DNA of 64,000 nucleotides, taken from positions 775,633 through 839,632 of the forward strand of contig CP045477.1 in NCBI GenBank assembly GCA_009392915.1. The letters run 5' to 3'. Under the pieces are notes generated by a model. It saw nothing but the letters and a program-made list of their open reading frames with translations, was not told the DNA's origin and did not search any database. Of the stretch, positions 1 through 9,970 are shown piece by piece. The stretch's first letter is position 1. Every line of letters begins with the position of its first letter. A program made the position numbers and the translations under genes. Source of the DNA: Candidatus Forterrea multitransposorum CG_2015-17_Forterrea_25_41 (GTDB lineage Archaea > Iainarchaeota > Iainarchaeia > Iainarchaeales > CSSED10-239).

Positions 1-392
1 GGTCAATTACAGATTATTTGAATAATAGAATTAAATCAAAAACTTTAGTTGCAACTCATTATCATCAATTAAATAAAATGGAAGAATTATTTGAAGGTGT
101 TAGTAATTACCATGTAACTGCAAAAGAAGAAAACAATAATTTAGTATTTTATCATAAACTAATAAAAGGTGGGATAAATAAAAGTTATGGTATTCAAGTT
201 GCAAAAATTGCTGGTCTTCCAGAAGAAATTATTGAAAAAGCATTATTAATTCAAAGAGATTTAGAAGAAGATGTTTTTTTAAAACAAAATAAATCTTCTC
301 CTAATTTACAAGAAGTTAAAAAAATAAATGAAGATGAAAAAAGAATTCTTTTTAAAAAAGAACAAAAAAGATTAGAAGATTATAAAAAATAA
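1..392 (+). CDS. mutS: DNA mismatch repair protein MutS, C-terminal fragment (gene starts before the window; reading frame begins at nt 3)
   Basis: Translation SITDYLNNRIKSKTLVATHYHQL...SYGIQVAKIAGLPEEII matches the MutS C-terminal ATPase/HTH region (THYHEL, SYGI.VA.LAGLP). Ends 10 nt before mutL. Confidence 0.75.
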   Translation, partial: SITDYLNNRIKSKTLVATHYHQLNKMEELFEGVSNYHVTAKEENNNLVFYHKLIKGGINKSYGIQVAKIAGLPEEIIEKALLIQRDLEEDVFLKQNKSSPNLQEVKKINEDEKRILFKKEQKRLEDYKK

Positions 393-402
393 GTGAAAAT
401 AT

Positions 403-2157
403 ATGTTAATTAAAAAATTATCTCAAGAAACCATTAATTTAATTAGTGCTGGAGAAGTAATTGAAGGTCCAAGTGATATTTTAAAAGAACTTTTAGAAAA
501 TTCTGTGGATGCTAAAGCAACAGAGATAACTGTTGAAATAAAATCTTCTGGTTTAGATTTAATAAAAATAAAAGATGATGGTACTGGTATTTTAAAAGAA
601 GATTTAGAAGTTTGTCTTGAAAAATACACTACAAGTAAACTTGAAAAAATAGATGATTTATACACTATTGATAGTTTTGGTTTTAGAGGTGAGGCATTAT
701 CAACTATTGCTGCAGTTTCAAAATTTAAAATTGTATCTTCTACTACAAATGATGGTAAGGGATATGTTTTAGAGAATAACAATATTTCTCAAGTATCTTC
801 AAACAAAGGAACAACTATAACAGTTCAAGATTTATTTTATAATGTGCCTGTTAGAAAAAAGTTTTTAAAATCAAAAAGCTTTGAATATTCTAAAGTATAT
901 GAAGTTTTTCTTGCAAATGCTTTATTAAATCCAAATATTACTTTTAAGTTTATTTCTGAAAAGAAAAATGTAATTTTTCCAAAAACAGATTTTGAAAATA
1001 GATTAGTTCAAATATATGGTGTTGAAATTAAAACTAAAACAATTAATTTAGATATTAATACAGAATTATTTAAAGTTAAAGGAATTTTAACTAATCCTCA
1101 AAATCCAGTTTATTTTCCTTCAAATTTTTTATTTATTAATAAAAGATTTGTATTTTCACCTCAAATCTATAAAGCTATTATTGATTCTTATAAAGATTAT
1201 TTAATGATACAACAAAAACCATTTTTTATTTTATTTATTGAGTTAGATCCTAGAACAATAGATGTGAATGTACATCCTAAAAAAAGAGTTGTTAAATTAC
1301 AAAATGAAATGTTGTTTTTATTAGAGTTTAAAAGAGAATTATCTAAAAAATTAGATGCATCTTTAGGTAAATTTGCTCCTGCTTTAGAGCATAATTCTTT
1401 AAAAGATTTTATTTCTTCTAAAAATTCAGATTATTCTTCTTTTCAAAAACCAACTCAAAGTAGTTATTCAAGTAATAACTATTCAAGTAATAAAGAAGTT
1501 CCTTTTTTCAGAAGTGATCTTCAAAAACCACTTTATGAAAATAACAATATTTCTAGTATTTCAGATAACTTAACTTTATTTGAACACAATATTACAAAAA
1601 TACTTGGTCAAATAAAAAACACCTTCATTATTTGTGAAACTGATAAAGGGATGATATTAATTGATCAACATGCTGCTGATGAAAGAATAAACTTAGAAAA
1701 AAATAGATTGAAATATGCTGATTATGTTGAAAAACAAAATTTAATATCAGAAATTTCTTTAGATTTTATTTCTGAATCACATAAAGAAATTTTAGCAAAT
1801 AATATTGAAATTTTTAAAAAAACTGGTTTTGAATATTATTTAAAAAATGATATTTATTTTTTAAAAACAATTCCTTTATTTTTAAATAAATATTTTGATA
1901 AAAACTTATTTTTAAATCTTTTAAAAGATATTGAAGAAGGCAATAATGAAGTTTTTAAACTTAAAGATAGTCTTTTAAAATTAAGATCTTGTAAAGAATC
2001 TATTAAAGCTAATGATTATTTAAGTAGTCATGAACAAATAGAAATTATTAAAAAATTAAATCTTTGTAAAGATAAAGGTATTTGTGCTCATGGAAGACCA
2101 ACAATTATATTTTTATCTTTAAAAGATCTTGAAATATTATTTAAAAGAATAGTTTAA
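403..2157 (+). CDS. mutL: DNA mismatch repair protein MutL (endonuclease-type)
   Basis: N-terminal GHKL ATPase signature (LSQETINLISAGEVIEGPSDILKELLENSVDA, DDGTGI). C-terminal DQHAADERINLE matches the DQHA(x)2E(x)4E endonuclease motif, and CAHGRPT is present near the C-terminus. Confidence 0.9.
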   Translation: MLIKKLSQETINLISAGEVIEGPSDILKELLENSVDAKATEITVEIKSSGLDLIKIKDDGTGILKEDLEVCLEKYTTSKLEKIDDLYTIDSFGFRGEALSTIAAVSKFKIVSSTTNDGKGYVLENNNISQVSSNKGTTITVQDLFYNVPVRKKFLKSKSFEYSKVYEVFLANALLNPNITFKFISEKKNVIFPKTDFENRLVQIYGVEIKTKTINLDINTELFKVKGILTNPQNPVYFPSNFLFINKRFVFSPQIYKAIIDSYKDYLMIQQKPFFILFIELDPRTIDVNVHPKKRVVKLQNEMLFLLEFKRELSKKLDASLGKFAPALEHNSLKDFISSKNSDYSSFQKPTQSSYSSNNYSSNKEVPFFRSDLQKPLYENNNISSISDNLTLFEHNITKILGQIKNTFIICETDKGMILIDQHAADERINLEKNRLKYADYVEKQNLISEISLDFISESHKEILANNIEIFKKTGFEYYLKNDIYFLKTIPLFLNKYFDKNLFLNLLKDIEEGNNEVFKLKDSLLKLRSCKESIKANDYLSSHEQIEIIKKLNLCKDKGICAHGRPTIIFLSLKDLEILFKRIV

Positions 2158-3347
2158 ATCTTTACAATCCATATAAATAAAAATACTGTAATTATTAATA
2201 AAATAGTGATTGCTGTATTTTCAGAAGAATCTGGGTTTTCTGAATTAATGCTAATTGTTTGAGTACCAATATTTTTAACATTTTCTCCTTCTAAATAATT
2301 AATAGTAAAATTTAAGGTGTGTTCTCCTTCTTTATATGTTTTAATTATAAATGGTATTTCAACAACATCTTTTGGTCTAATTAGATTTATTTTTTCTTGA
2401 GATACAATTATTTCTCCATTAAAATAAGGTTTGATATATACATCTGTAACTTCTTTTTCTGAATTGTTAATAATAATTAAATGACCAGTTTGTTCTTCTT
2501 TTGGTACAATTATTTTTTGAATATCTATATGATTTTCTAAAGCATTTTCTTTTTCTGAAATAGTTATTATTTTTTGTTTAATTTTTTTTGTAATTTCTTG
2601 GTTAAAAACATCTGTGTATTTAAGATTTGCAATAGGTGTTGCAAATGTGTTATTTGAATCTGTTTTTACAAAATAATCTATTTTTATTTCACTTTGAGCT
2701 TTAAGCAATCCTTCAAAACTTGTTTCTCCAGAAACATTTTCTAAATTAGAATTATATATGAATAAATTAGATGCATTTTTAAGTTCAATAAAAGTATCTG
2801 CATAACCACTATTTCTTACGTGAATAGTAATAGGTATTAAAGTATTAACATATGCTGTAGAAGGTGCATCTTGATAAAAATCTTCATCAGTTATTTTTGA
2901 ATTATAATAAGTTCCAATTAAACTATCTGAATCTATAATTAACCTTGGTAAAAAATTATTTTCAATACAAATTTCTAATTTGTTATCAATTGAATCAAAT
3001 TTTCCTAATTTTATAATATTTTTTTCTTTAATCTCTTTATCAATTATTTCTGTAATATTTTTATCATTTACTTTAATGTTGATTATAACTCCTTTAGAAA
3101 TAGGTATATAATTTTTAAGCATTAATTGAAAATAAGTTTCTGAAAACTCATCAGATTTTAAATTAAAAGTAAAATCTTTACAAAAACTACTTCCTTTTTC
3201 AACAACAATATCACCTTTATCTAATATATTTAAAGTGGTTTCATCAATAGTTGTTGCTAATAATGAGTTTGAAATTAAGATAATTCCAATAATTAATAAA
3301 AAATACTTATAATTCATATATACTTCACAATATATTATATCTAACAA
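2154..3347 (-). CDS. Secreted/cell-surface protein, Sec signal peptide plus C-terminal TM anchor with very short tail (possible sorting-signal substrate)
   Basis: N-terminal hydrophobic h-region MNYKYFLLIIGIILISNSLLA. The C-terminus ...SENTAITILLIITVFLFIWIVKI is a TM helix plus a 2-residue tail. Confidence 0.4.
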   Translation of the reverse strand: MLDIIYCEVYMNYKYFLLIIGIILISNSLLATTIDETTLNILDKGDIVVEKGSSFCKDFTFNLKSDEFSETYFQLMLKNYIPISKGVIINIKVNDKNITEIIDKEIKEKNIIKLGKFDSIDNKLEICIENNFLPRLIIDSDSLIGTYYNSKITDEDFYQDAPSTAYVNTLIPITIHVRNSGYADTFIELKNASNLFIYNSNLENVSGETSFEGLLKAQSEIKIDYFVKTDSNNTFATPIANLKYTDVFNQEITKKIKQKIITISEKENALENHIDIQKIIVPKEEQTGHLIIINNSEKEVTDVYIKPYFNGEIIVSQEKINLIRPKDVVEIPFIIKTYKEGEHTLNFTINYLEGENVKNIGTQTISINSENPDSSENTAITILLIITVFLFIWIVKI

Positions 3348-3366
3348 TTAATTTATATTCTTATCT

Positions 3367-6300
3367 TTAATGTCTTAATATTTTTTTCTTTTTCTCAGCT
3401 ATGGTTTTTTCTTTCTTTTTATTACCCAACCTTAAATAAGCATATAAACTAACGAATAAAACTACAATAATTGTAATTAAAATATATTGTGTTTTTGTTG
3501 AATTTTTCGAAACAGGATTTGTTTGTTTTAAAACATAAATTACATCAAGATATTTTTCATCATCATAATTTGTTTTTGCAAAATTAAGTGTTTCAACATC
3601 ATATTCTTTTTTTTGATAATCTATTATTTCTTTTTTAGCATCATCTTTTATTTCAATTAAACCAGAGGTTAAATTATCATAATCTGATTTTATTTTTTCA
3701 ATTCTATTTATTGTTTCTAAAGAAATGGCATTAAGTGCACCTTTGTAGTCTTTTTCATTATATTTTTCATCAAAGTTAGATAATTCTTTATTGAAAAGTA
3801 CACTTTCTAAAAAAGCATAATTTTTTTCTAATCTTTTTGCATCGTTTTCTGTAATTCCAGAAAAATACCCAATTGAATAAAGATCAGTTAAAGTATATGT
3901 TTCATATAACAAATATGTTTTTGTAATTATTTCATTAATTTTGTCTTCTTCTAAATTATTTGTTATTGGGTTAATGTAATAATAAAGTTCTTCAGCTTTT
4001 TCTTTTAGTTTCTGATTAATTATATCTTTAATTTCTGTAATGTTTTTATCTTTACTTAATAAATCTAAATCTATGTTTTCTAAATTATTTTCATTAATAA
4101 TTTCATTAAGTTCTTTAAATTCAGCAATTTCTAAACTTTTAGTGTCGTTTTGTAAGTCCTTTTCTCTTTTTTTAATATCTATTAATAACTGTATTAAATC
4201 TTTTTCTGCTAAAACCATATTTTGATATTTATTACTTTCTATTTTTTCTAATTTGTTTTCTTCAAAAGAAGTTAGTTCTTTTTGATAAATCTCATTTAAA
4301 GTAATTAAATAATTTTCTTCAATAATTTGATAATGTTTGTTTTTTTCTAATAGTTTTTGTAAGGTGTTATAATAACTGTAAATAGTTTCTATTTCATTAA
4401 TACTATATTCTTCAGAATATGGTTTGTCCAACAAATATTTCAATTCTTTAATTGATTCTTTTTGAATATCTAAAAATCTAGTGTTTCTAAGCTCTTCTGC
4501 TGCTAAAATTATTTCTCTAATTTCTTCATAAACTTTATTCTTTTCAATTAATGTTTTTAAAACAAATTCTAAAACTTCATCTTTTTTAATCTCTATATTA
4601 TAAATTAAGTTTCCATTTTCTTCAAATAAAGTAATTTCTTTATTATTTTTATAAAAAGTATTAATTTCGTTTTCTTTAGTTTCTTTAATAATTAATTTTT
4701 GATTAATTTTTTCAAAAAATTTATTCTTTAAAGAAATATTTGTTGTTGTAATAAATTTATCACTACTTATTTCTTCAATATTTTTAGATAGGTTATTTTC
4801 AAATACAGGTCCATAGACATAAAATTCATTTTCTTTTTTTGTATAATAATAAATATTATTTTCTTCTATAATAACATCTTCATTTTTAGATATAAATCCA
4901 TCAATAAATAAAAGTGAATCATATATTCCTTCTACTTCGTTTTCAATTGTAATTTTAATAATACTTTCTTTTAATGATAAATAAATTATTTCATAATTTA
5001 TATTTTTATTATTCTCATAATCTACTAAGAAATAATTTTTACCAGGATATATAGTGTGTATCTTTATTTGTGTTTTATTAATAAGTAACCCAGGATCTTT
5101 AGATACTAGGTTTAAATAATTATTTTCTATTTCAATATTTAAAATAATTTCAGAGAAGTTATTTATTAATTCAAAATAATATTTATCATCTATTTTTTTA
5201 ATAGTGTAGTTTTTATTTTCTTGAATGATCTTTTTAATGATTAAATCTATTTCTCTTTCAATATTATTTATTTTTTCTTGATTTTCATTAATATTTATAA
5301 TTAACTCAACATTATTTTTTTGTTTTATTTCCTTTACATCTTTTTCAATTTCACTAATTATTTCATAATTTTCTTCAAGTTTATTTTCAACATATATTTC
5401 ATTAATTTTATTTTCTATTTCTTTAATTCTTTTTTTAATTATAATTATTTTTTCATTACTTTCAAGTTTATAATTTATGTTGTTAATGTGTTCTAAACAA
5501 TCTTCTTCTGTTGAATAAATATATAATTCATAATCTTTAACTTCTTCAATTTCGCTTTCAATAACACTATAAATTAACTCTTGGCAATTTTGTATTTCAT
5601 TTGCATTTTTTATTTTTTCACAATAATTTAATTTTTCAAGAAGATTGTCACTTTCTTTATATTGACTAATTAATCTTGATATATATAGATTACTTTGTTC
5701 TTCTAGATTTTCAACTAAAATATCACAAGCAAACAGTTGAGAGTTTTCTAACTTTTCTTTTTCAACAATTTCTTGGTTTTGTAAAATTTCTAAATTAATT
5801 TCTTTTAATTCTGATAAATATTTTCCAAAAGTAATTGTTTTATTTTCAAAGTAATTTTTTTGTTTTAAATAATAATTATATTTTTCAGTAGTTAAATATT
5901 CTTTATTTTTTTCAATTTCTTTTTGATAATCTTCTATTTTATTATAAATTACATCTAAATTTTCAGTTATTCTATTATTAATAATTATAAATTCTGTAAC
6001 TAATGATTTTTCTTTTCCAACCAACTTATCCATTAAAATATAAAAATTATATCCATCTAGTTTATCTAAATTATAGTTTATGTTTCTTAAATCTTCTATG
6101 TTAGATAATTTTTTATATACAAAATTATTTATTCTTAAAATTTCAGGAAGATTAATTTCTTGTGAATTAATTTCTTTTTCATAGATTTGTAAATAATACA
6201 AAGTTAGATCAGATACATTTTCTTTTGCAAGATAGGTTTCTCTAAAACCTAATTCTTTAGAATATACATGTAATTCTTTAATTTCTTGATTTACTTTTGA

Positions 6301-6855
6301 TAAATAACTTTCATTTTCTATTTGTTTTTTCATAAAATTAATATTATCATTTAATAATATATAATCTTGAAATATTTCTTCTTCAGGAATTAGGTTAACT
6401 TCTTGCTGTTCTAAAAATAAGGTATAATCAATAATAAGATACATGCTTTTTTTAGTTGCATTATCAACATATGAAAAGGTTTTAGAAAAAAGGTCCATTA
6501 CATCATTATAATTATCTAAAATTGTTTTGATGTTCTCTTTTCTACACCCTTCATTCAATAAATCTAGTTCTTTTTTAGTAAGTGTATAATAATAATGACT
6601 GGATGCTAAGTAATTTTTATAAGTATCTATATTTTGACTTAAAGAAAGAGGTATTTTGTTATTTTTTTCAATAGATAATTTTTCAATTTCAGTAAAACAT
6701 TTATTTTGAGAAGTACAATCATCAATAGAAGTAGAGGAATAATGAGTTAAAGCAAGACAAGCTTGCTTTTCTCTAGTGGTTATAAATTCAAGGCAACCTG
6801 AAAGGCTTACTAGTAAAATCAATAAAAAATATATGTATATTTTTTTATCAATCAA
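3367..6855 (-). CDS. Large (1162 aa) coiled-coil-rich surface protein with N-terminal signal/lipobox-like LSGC and C-terminal TM anchor
   Basis: N-terminus MIDKKIYIYFLLILLVSLSGC, long E/K/N-rich heptad-like body, C-terminal TM ILITIIVVLFVSLYAYL followed by a K-rich tail. Confidence 0.4.
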   Translation of the reverse strand: MIDKKIYIYFLLILLVSLSGCLEFITTREKQACLALTHYSSTSIDDCTSQNKCFTEIEKLSIEKNNKIPLSLSQNIDTYKNYLASSHYYYTLTKKELDLLNEGCRKENIKTILDNYNDVMDLFSKTFSYVDNATKKSMYLIIDYTLFLEQQEVNLIPEEEIFQDYILLNDNINFMKKQIENESYLSKVNQEIKELHVYSKELGFRETYLAKENVSDLTLYYLQIYEKEINSQEINLPEILRINNFVYKKLSNIEDLRNINYNLDKLDGYNFYILMDKLVGKEKSLVTEFIIINNRITENLDVIYNKIEDYQKEIEKNKEYLTTEKYNYYLKQKNYFENKTITFGKYLSELKEINLEILQNQEIVEKEKLENSQLFACDILVENLEEQSNLYISRLISQYKESDNLLEKLNYCEKIKNANEIQNCQELIYSVIESEIEEVKDYELYIYSTEEDCLEHINNINYKLESNEKIIIIKKRIKEIENKINEIYVENKLEENYEIISEIEKDVKEIKQKNNVELIININENQEKINNIEREIDLIIKKIIQENKNYTIKKIDDKYYFELINNFSEIILNIEIENNYLNLVSKDPGLLINKTQIKIHTIYPGKNYFLVDYENNKNINYEIIYLSLKESIIKITIENEVEGIYDSLLFIDGFISKNEDVIIEENNIYYYTKKENEFYVYGPVFENNLSKNIEEISSDKFITTTNISLKNKFFEKINQKLIIKETKENEINTFYKNNKEITLFEENGNLIYNIEIKKDEVLEFVLKTLIEKNKVYEEIREIILAAEELRNTRFLDIQKESIKELKYLLDKPYSEEYSINEIETIYSYYNTLQKLLEKNKHYQIIEENYLITLNEIYQKELTSFEENKLEKIESNKYQNMVLAEKDLIQLLIDIKKREKDLQNDTKSLEIAEFKELNEIINENNLENIDLDLLSKDKNITEIKDIINQKLKEKAEELYYYINPITNNLEEDKINEIITKTYLLYETYTLTDLYSIGYFSGITENDAKRLEKNYAFLESVLFNKELSNFDEKYNEKDYKGALNAISLETINRIEKIKSDYDNLTSGLIEIKDDAKKEIIDYQKKEYDVETLNFAKTNYDDEKYLDVIYVLKQTNPVSKNSTKTQYILITIIVVLFVSLYAYLRLGNKKKEKTIAEKKKKILRH

Positions 6856-6867
6856 CTTTTTTATCTC

Positions 6868-7218
6868 CTAATATCTTACAATTCCTTCTGCATTTATTGT
6901 TACTATTTTAAATTTAATATTAGTTTTTAAAAGAATAGATAATATTGCACTATGTTCTTTTCCGCTTCCAGAATGTATATTAAGTTCAATATCTTTTAAA
7001 TCTTTAGGCATTTGATTTTCAATATCATCAACAATTTCTGAAAAACCTTTTCTTGGATCAATAATTATCCAGTTTACTTTTTTTGAACAAGTAAATTTAT
7101 CTTGTGCCCATTCGTTTGAGATTAAATAAACTTTATCGTAATCAGTGTTATCTATTATGTGTGCTACTTGTCCCCAAGTTCCTTTTCCTGTACTTAGTAT
7201 TCCTAAAAACATTTTCAT
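6868..7218 (-). CDS. Hypothetical small alpha/beta protein (116 aa)
   Basis: ORF with tight coupling to the flanking genes (start directly abuts the upstream wHTH gene). No family recognised. Confidence 0.3.
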   Translation of the reverse strand: MKMFLGILSTGKGTWGQVAHIIDNTDYDKVYLISNEWAQDKFTCSKKVNWIIIDPRKGFSEIVDDIENQMPKDLKDIELNIHSGSGKEHSAILSILLKTNIKFKIVTINAEGIVRY

Positions 7219-7536
7219 TTATTCACCACCGTTTAAATCAAATTTTTCTTTAGATTCTATATAGATACTAACAAAATCTTTTCCTTTATCTGTAAGATAA
7301 TAAACTTCTTCTTCATCTAGTTGGATTTTTTTGATTAATTTTGTCTGTATTAAAGTATCTAATATATTATATAGAATAGATACATTTTTAAAATATATAT
7401 TTACCTTTAATTCTTCAATTTTAGGTGGTTTTTTATTAATTTCAACTAAAACAGCCATATGTTCTTTAGATTGTATAATTTTTAGAAGTTCTGGTTCTTT
7501 TTCAACCATTTCAATTAATTTTTCTTTTTCTGTCAT
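7219..7536 (-). CDS. Small winged-helix-like DNA-binding protein (putative transcription regulator)
   Basis: About 105 aa. Helix-rich N-terminus and a wing-like segment (YYLTDKGKDFV) typical of wHTH regulators. Overlaps the elp3 3' end by 26 nt. Confidence 0.3.
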   Translation of the reverse strand: MTEKEKLIEMVEKEPELLKIIQSKEHMAVLVEINKKPPKIEELKVNIYFKNVSILYNILDTLIQTKLIKKIQLDEEEVYYLTDKGKDFVSIYIESKEKFDLNGGE

Positions 7537-9067
7537 TTTTAATCACTTTTACCATGTAAGCACCTTCAAGTTTATACCCTTGTTTTTTATAGTACTCTCT
7601 AACTCCAATTCCACTAATTATAGCTACTTTTGTTTTATTTTCTTTAAGTGAAATTGTTTCTGCTAATTTTAATAGTTTTTTACCAATACCAATATGTTGT
7701 ATATTTTTATTTTTAAACTCTGTGGCTTGTCCATATACATGTAATTCTCTAACAATTGAGGTATTTTCAGTTATTTCTTTAACAAAAGGTTGACTTGGTA
7801 TTCTAAGTCTTATAAACCCAAGCAAATAATCTTTCTTTTCTGCATATATAAAATATTCTGTTCCACCAGATGCAGCATATTTAATTTTTTTAATAGAATA
7901 GCTTTTGATACTTTCTATTTTTTGTTTAGGTTCACAACATCTAATACAGTTACATTTTGTTTTTCTTTTTTCAAGTTCTTTAAAAACAAGTTCTCTTAAG
8001 TTACTTTTTGTAATTCCTGCAAGTATTTTTGTTGCAGGTATATCTCTTTGAACTCTCATTATCCTTACCCATTTAGGAACAATTTCTTTAACATCTGCAA
8101 TTAAATTAATTACTTCTTTTTCAGTATAAGGAATGTATTTTTGAGAATAATACATTTTTTCAAGAACTGTATGCTCTGTAACTAAACAAGGATATATTTT
8201 TATCATATCAGGACAATAATCTGGATTTGAAAATATTTCTTTAAAGCTTTCAAAATCTCTTTTAATATCGCTTCCAGGAAGTCCAATCATCATGTGATAT
8301 AATACTTTAAATCCAGAATCTTTAAGTTCTTTTGTAGCCTGAATTACTTCTTTAATTCCATGTCCTCTTTTTACAAAAACATGTACATCATCATATGTAG
8401 TTTGAACTCCAAGTTCAACTCTTGTTCCTCCAAAATCTAAAAGTCTTCTAATAATTTTTTTATCACAATAATCTGGTCTAGTTTCAAAGGTAAGTCCAAC
8501 TATTCTTCTTTTTGTTTTCATTAATATTTTTTTAAGATTATTTAGGTCTTTACTTTTAGAATTTGAGATTGCTTGAAATGTTTTAATCATAAAATCTTTT
8601 TGATATTTATAATCAGTTGAAGGAAATGTTCCCCCCATCACAATAAGTTCTAATTTATTTGTAGGATGTCCAATTGCTTCAAGTTGTTTTATTCTATCTG
8701 TAATTTGTTTTGCAGGATTAAAATTATTTAATTTACCTCTCATACTTGCAGGTTCAAAACCAGTGTAGCTTTTAGGTGTATCTTTAAAGCTAGGACAAAA
8801 AATACAATTTCCAGGACAAACATGTGGTTTTGTCATTACTGAAAGTATTGTTACTCCTGAAAGTGTTCTAGAGGGTTTAGTTATAAATGTAGAAGTTGGG
8901 TTTTGAATATCAAGGGCATGTAAAATATCTGAAGTTAAGGGTAATTTTGATAAATTATATTTTTTTGCAAAACTTGCTTTCATCCCTTGAAGTTCTTTGT
9001 ATTTTATTTTTTCAAGATTTATATCTTTAAAGAAATCTTTTATTCTTTTTATTTTTTCTTTGTTCAT
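7511..9067 (-). CDS. elp3: Elp3-type radical SAM / GNAT tRNA uridine(34) acetyltransferase
   Basis: Radical-SAM cysteine motif (KPHVCPGNCIFCP), central radical-SAM core and a C-terminal GNAT acetyltransferase region. Length typical for archaeal Elp3. Confidence 0.85.
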   Translation of the reverse strand: MNKEKIKRIKDFFKDINLEKIKYKELQGMKASFAKKYNLSKLPLTSDILHALDIQNPTSTFITKPSRTLSGVTILSVMTKPHVCPGNCIFCPSFKDTPKSYTGFEPASMRGKLNNFNPAKQITDRIKQLEAIGHPTNKLELIVMGGTFPSTDYKYQKDFMIKTFQAISNSKSKDLNNLKKILMKTKRRIVGLTFETRPDYCDKKIIRRLLDFGGTRVELGVQTTYDDVHVFVKRGHGIKEVIQATKELKDSGFKVLYHMMIGLPGSDIKRDFESFKEIFSNPDYCPDMIKIYPCLVTEHTVLEKMYYSQKYIPYTEKEVINLIADVKEIVPKWVRIMRVQRDIPATKILAGITKSNLRELVFKELEKRKTKCNCIRCCEPKQKIESIKSYSIKKIKYAASGGTEYFIYAEKKDYLLGFIRLRIPSQPFVKEITENTSIVRELHVYGQATEFKNKNIQHIGIGKKLLKLAETISLKENKTKVAIISGIGVREYYKKQGYKLEGAYMVKVIKNDRKRKIN

Positions 9068-9071
9068 GTAT

Positions 9072-9866
9072 CTATATGATTTTAATTATTTTATTTAAAA
9101 AATAAATAGGTATTAAGTTTGAATTAAATAAAGGATAAAAATGTTCTTTTGAACCATATATTGATTTAAGATCTTTAATAGTTTCTATTTTTATATTGTA
9201 ATTAATACTATTTGTTAAATCCTCTTCTTTAGGATATATTTTTAAAGTAAAATTTTTCTCTCCAATTTCTTTAGGATAATATTGATATATTTGTTCTGTT
9301 ACACTATTTGGTTGAAGAATAATTTTTTTCTCTTTTGAAAGTCTTTCTTTTTTATCTAAAAACCATTTATCTGAAATATCTGAAGTAATCATTATTTTTT
9401 TAGTGGTGTTTGACTTATTAATAATACTTAAGGTTATTGTTTCTTTTTGTTCAAATTTAACATAAGGATTATAATTAATTAATTTTGAATGAATTACTTG
9501 ATCTGTAATTTCCATATTTAAAATAATTTCTCTCTTTTGGTTTTCAGAGCTTAAAATTAATTTTAATGAATATGGTCCAGATAGATTTTCAGCTAATTTA
9601 ATTTCTGTAAAAATACTTTCTCTTGTTTGTCTTGTTTTTTCTACAATGACGTCGTTTATTTGATTTGGACTAATAGAAATGTAGTTATAATTTTCATTTT
9701 CTTCTAAAAGAAAACTAATCATGAAAAATTCTCCTGGAGAGAAAAAACCTAATTCTACAGTGTCATTATAAGTTAAATCTTTAGAGATTGGTTCTAATAA
9801 TTCTAATGAAAATAAATTAGTACTAATCACTAACATAAAAATAATTATTATTAAATATTTTTTCAT
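9072..9866 (-). CDS. Secreted hypothetical protein (signal peptide)
   Basis: N-terminus MKKYLIIIIFMLVISTNLFSLEL. No further TM segments. Confidence 0.35.
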   Translation of the reverse strand: MKKYLIIIIFMLVISTNLFSLELLEPISKDLTYNDTVELGFFSPGEFFMISFLLEENENYNYISISPNQINDVIVEKTRQTRESIFTEIKLAENLSGPYSLKLILSSENQKREIILNMEITDQVIHSKLINYNPYVKFEQKETITLSIINKSNTTKKIMITSDISDKWFLDKKERLSKEKKIILQPNSVTEQIYQYYPKEIGEKNFTLKIYPKEEDLTNSINYNIKIETIKDLKSIYGSKEHFYPLFNSNLIPIYFLNKIIKII

Positions 9867-9970
9867 AAATTTTCTTTTATCCTATCCTTTATTAAATATT
9901 TTTTATCTATATATATTATAGCTAAACAAATATAAAAAGCTTTTTAAAATTAAAAAGGTTGGAAATACTT

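Noticed and set aside
423-782. Antisense ORFs inside confident genes: 423-782(-), 4040-4225(+), 7331-7651(+), 7790-7999(+), 10158-10373(+), 11142-11357(+), 16831-17022(-), 19228-19671(+), 20098-20352(+), 28145-28543(-), 29770-30129(-), 32760-33086(+), 33375-33587(+), 36026-36223(+), 37130-37324(-), 40276-40476(+), 44118-44348(+), 48600-48815(-), 49901-50089(-), 51118-51411(-), 51874-52299(-), 53762-54022(+), 55481-55675(-), 60198-60380(-), 60702-60923(+), 61333-61518(+)
   Set aside because: All lie opposite or overlapping strongly supported CDSs. They are expected by chance in AT-rich DNA (few stop codons on the antisense strand) and show low-complexity, Leu/Phe/Ser-rich translations with no recognisable family.
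9959-9970. Non-ATG (TTG/GTG) starts used in the ORF track for several genes (9959, 11582, 38520, 41051)
   Set aside because: Downstream in-frame ATGs with better ribosome-binding-site context or more conventional N-termini exist (9971, 11624, 38610, 41102). The ATG starts were preferred, except 38520, where both options are given.
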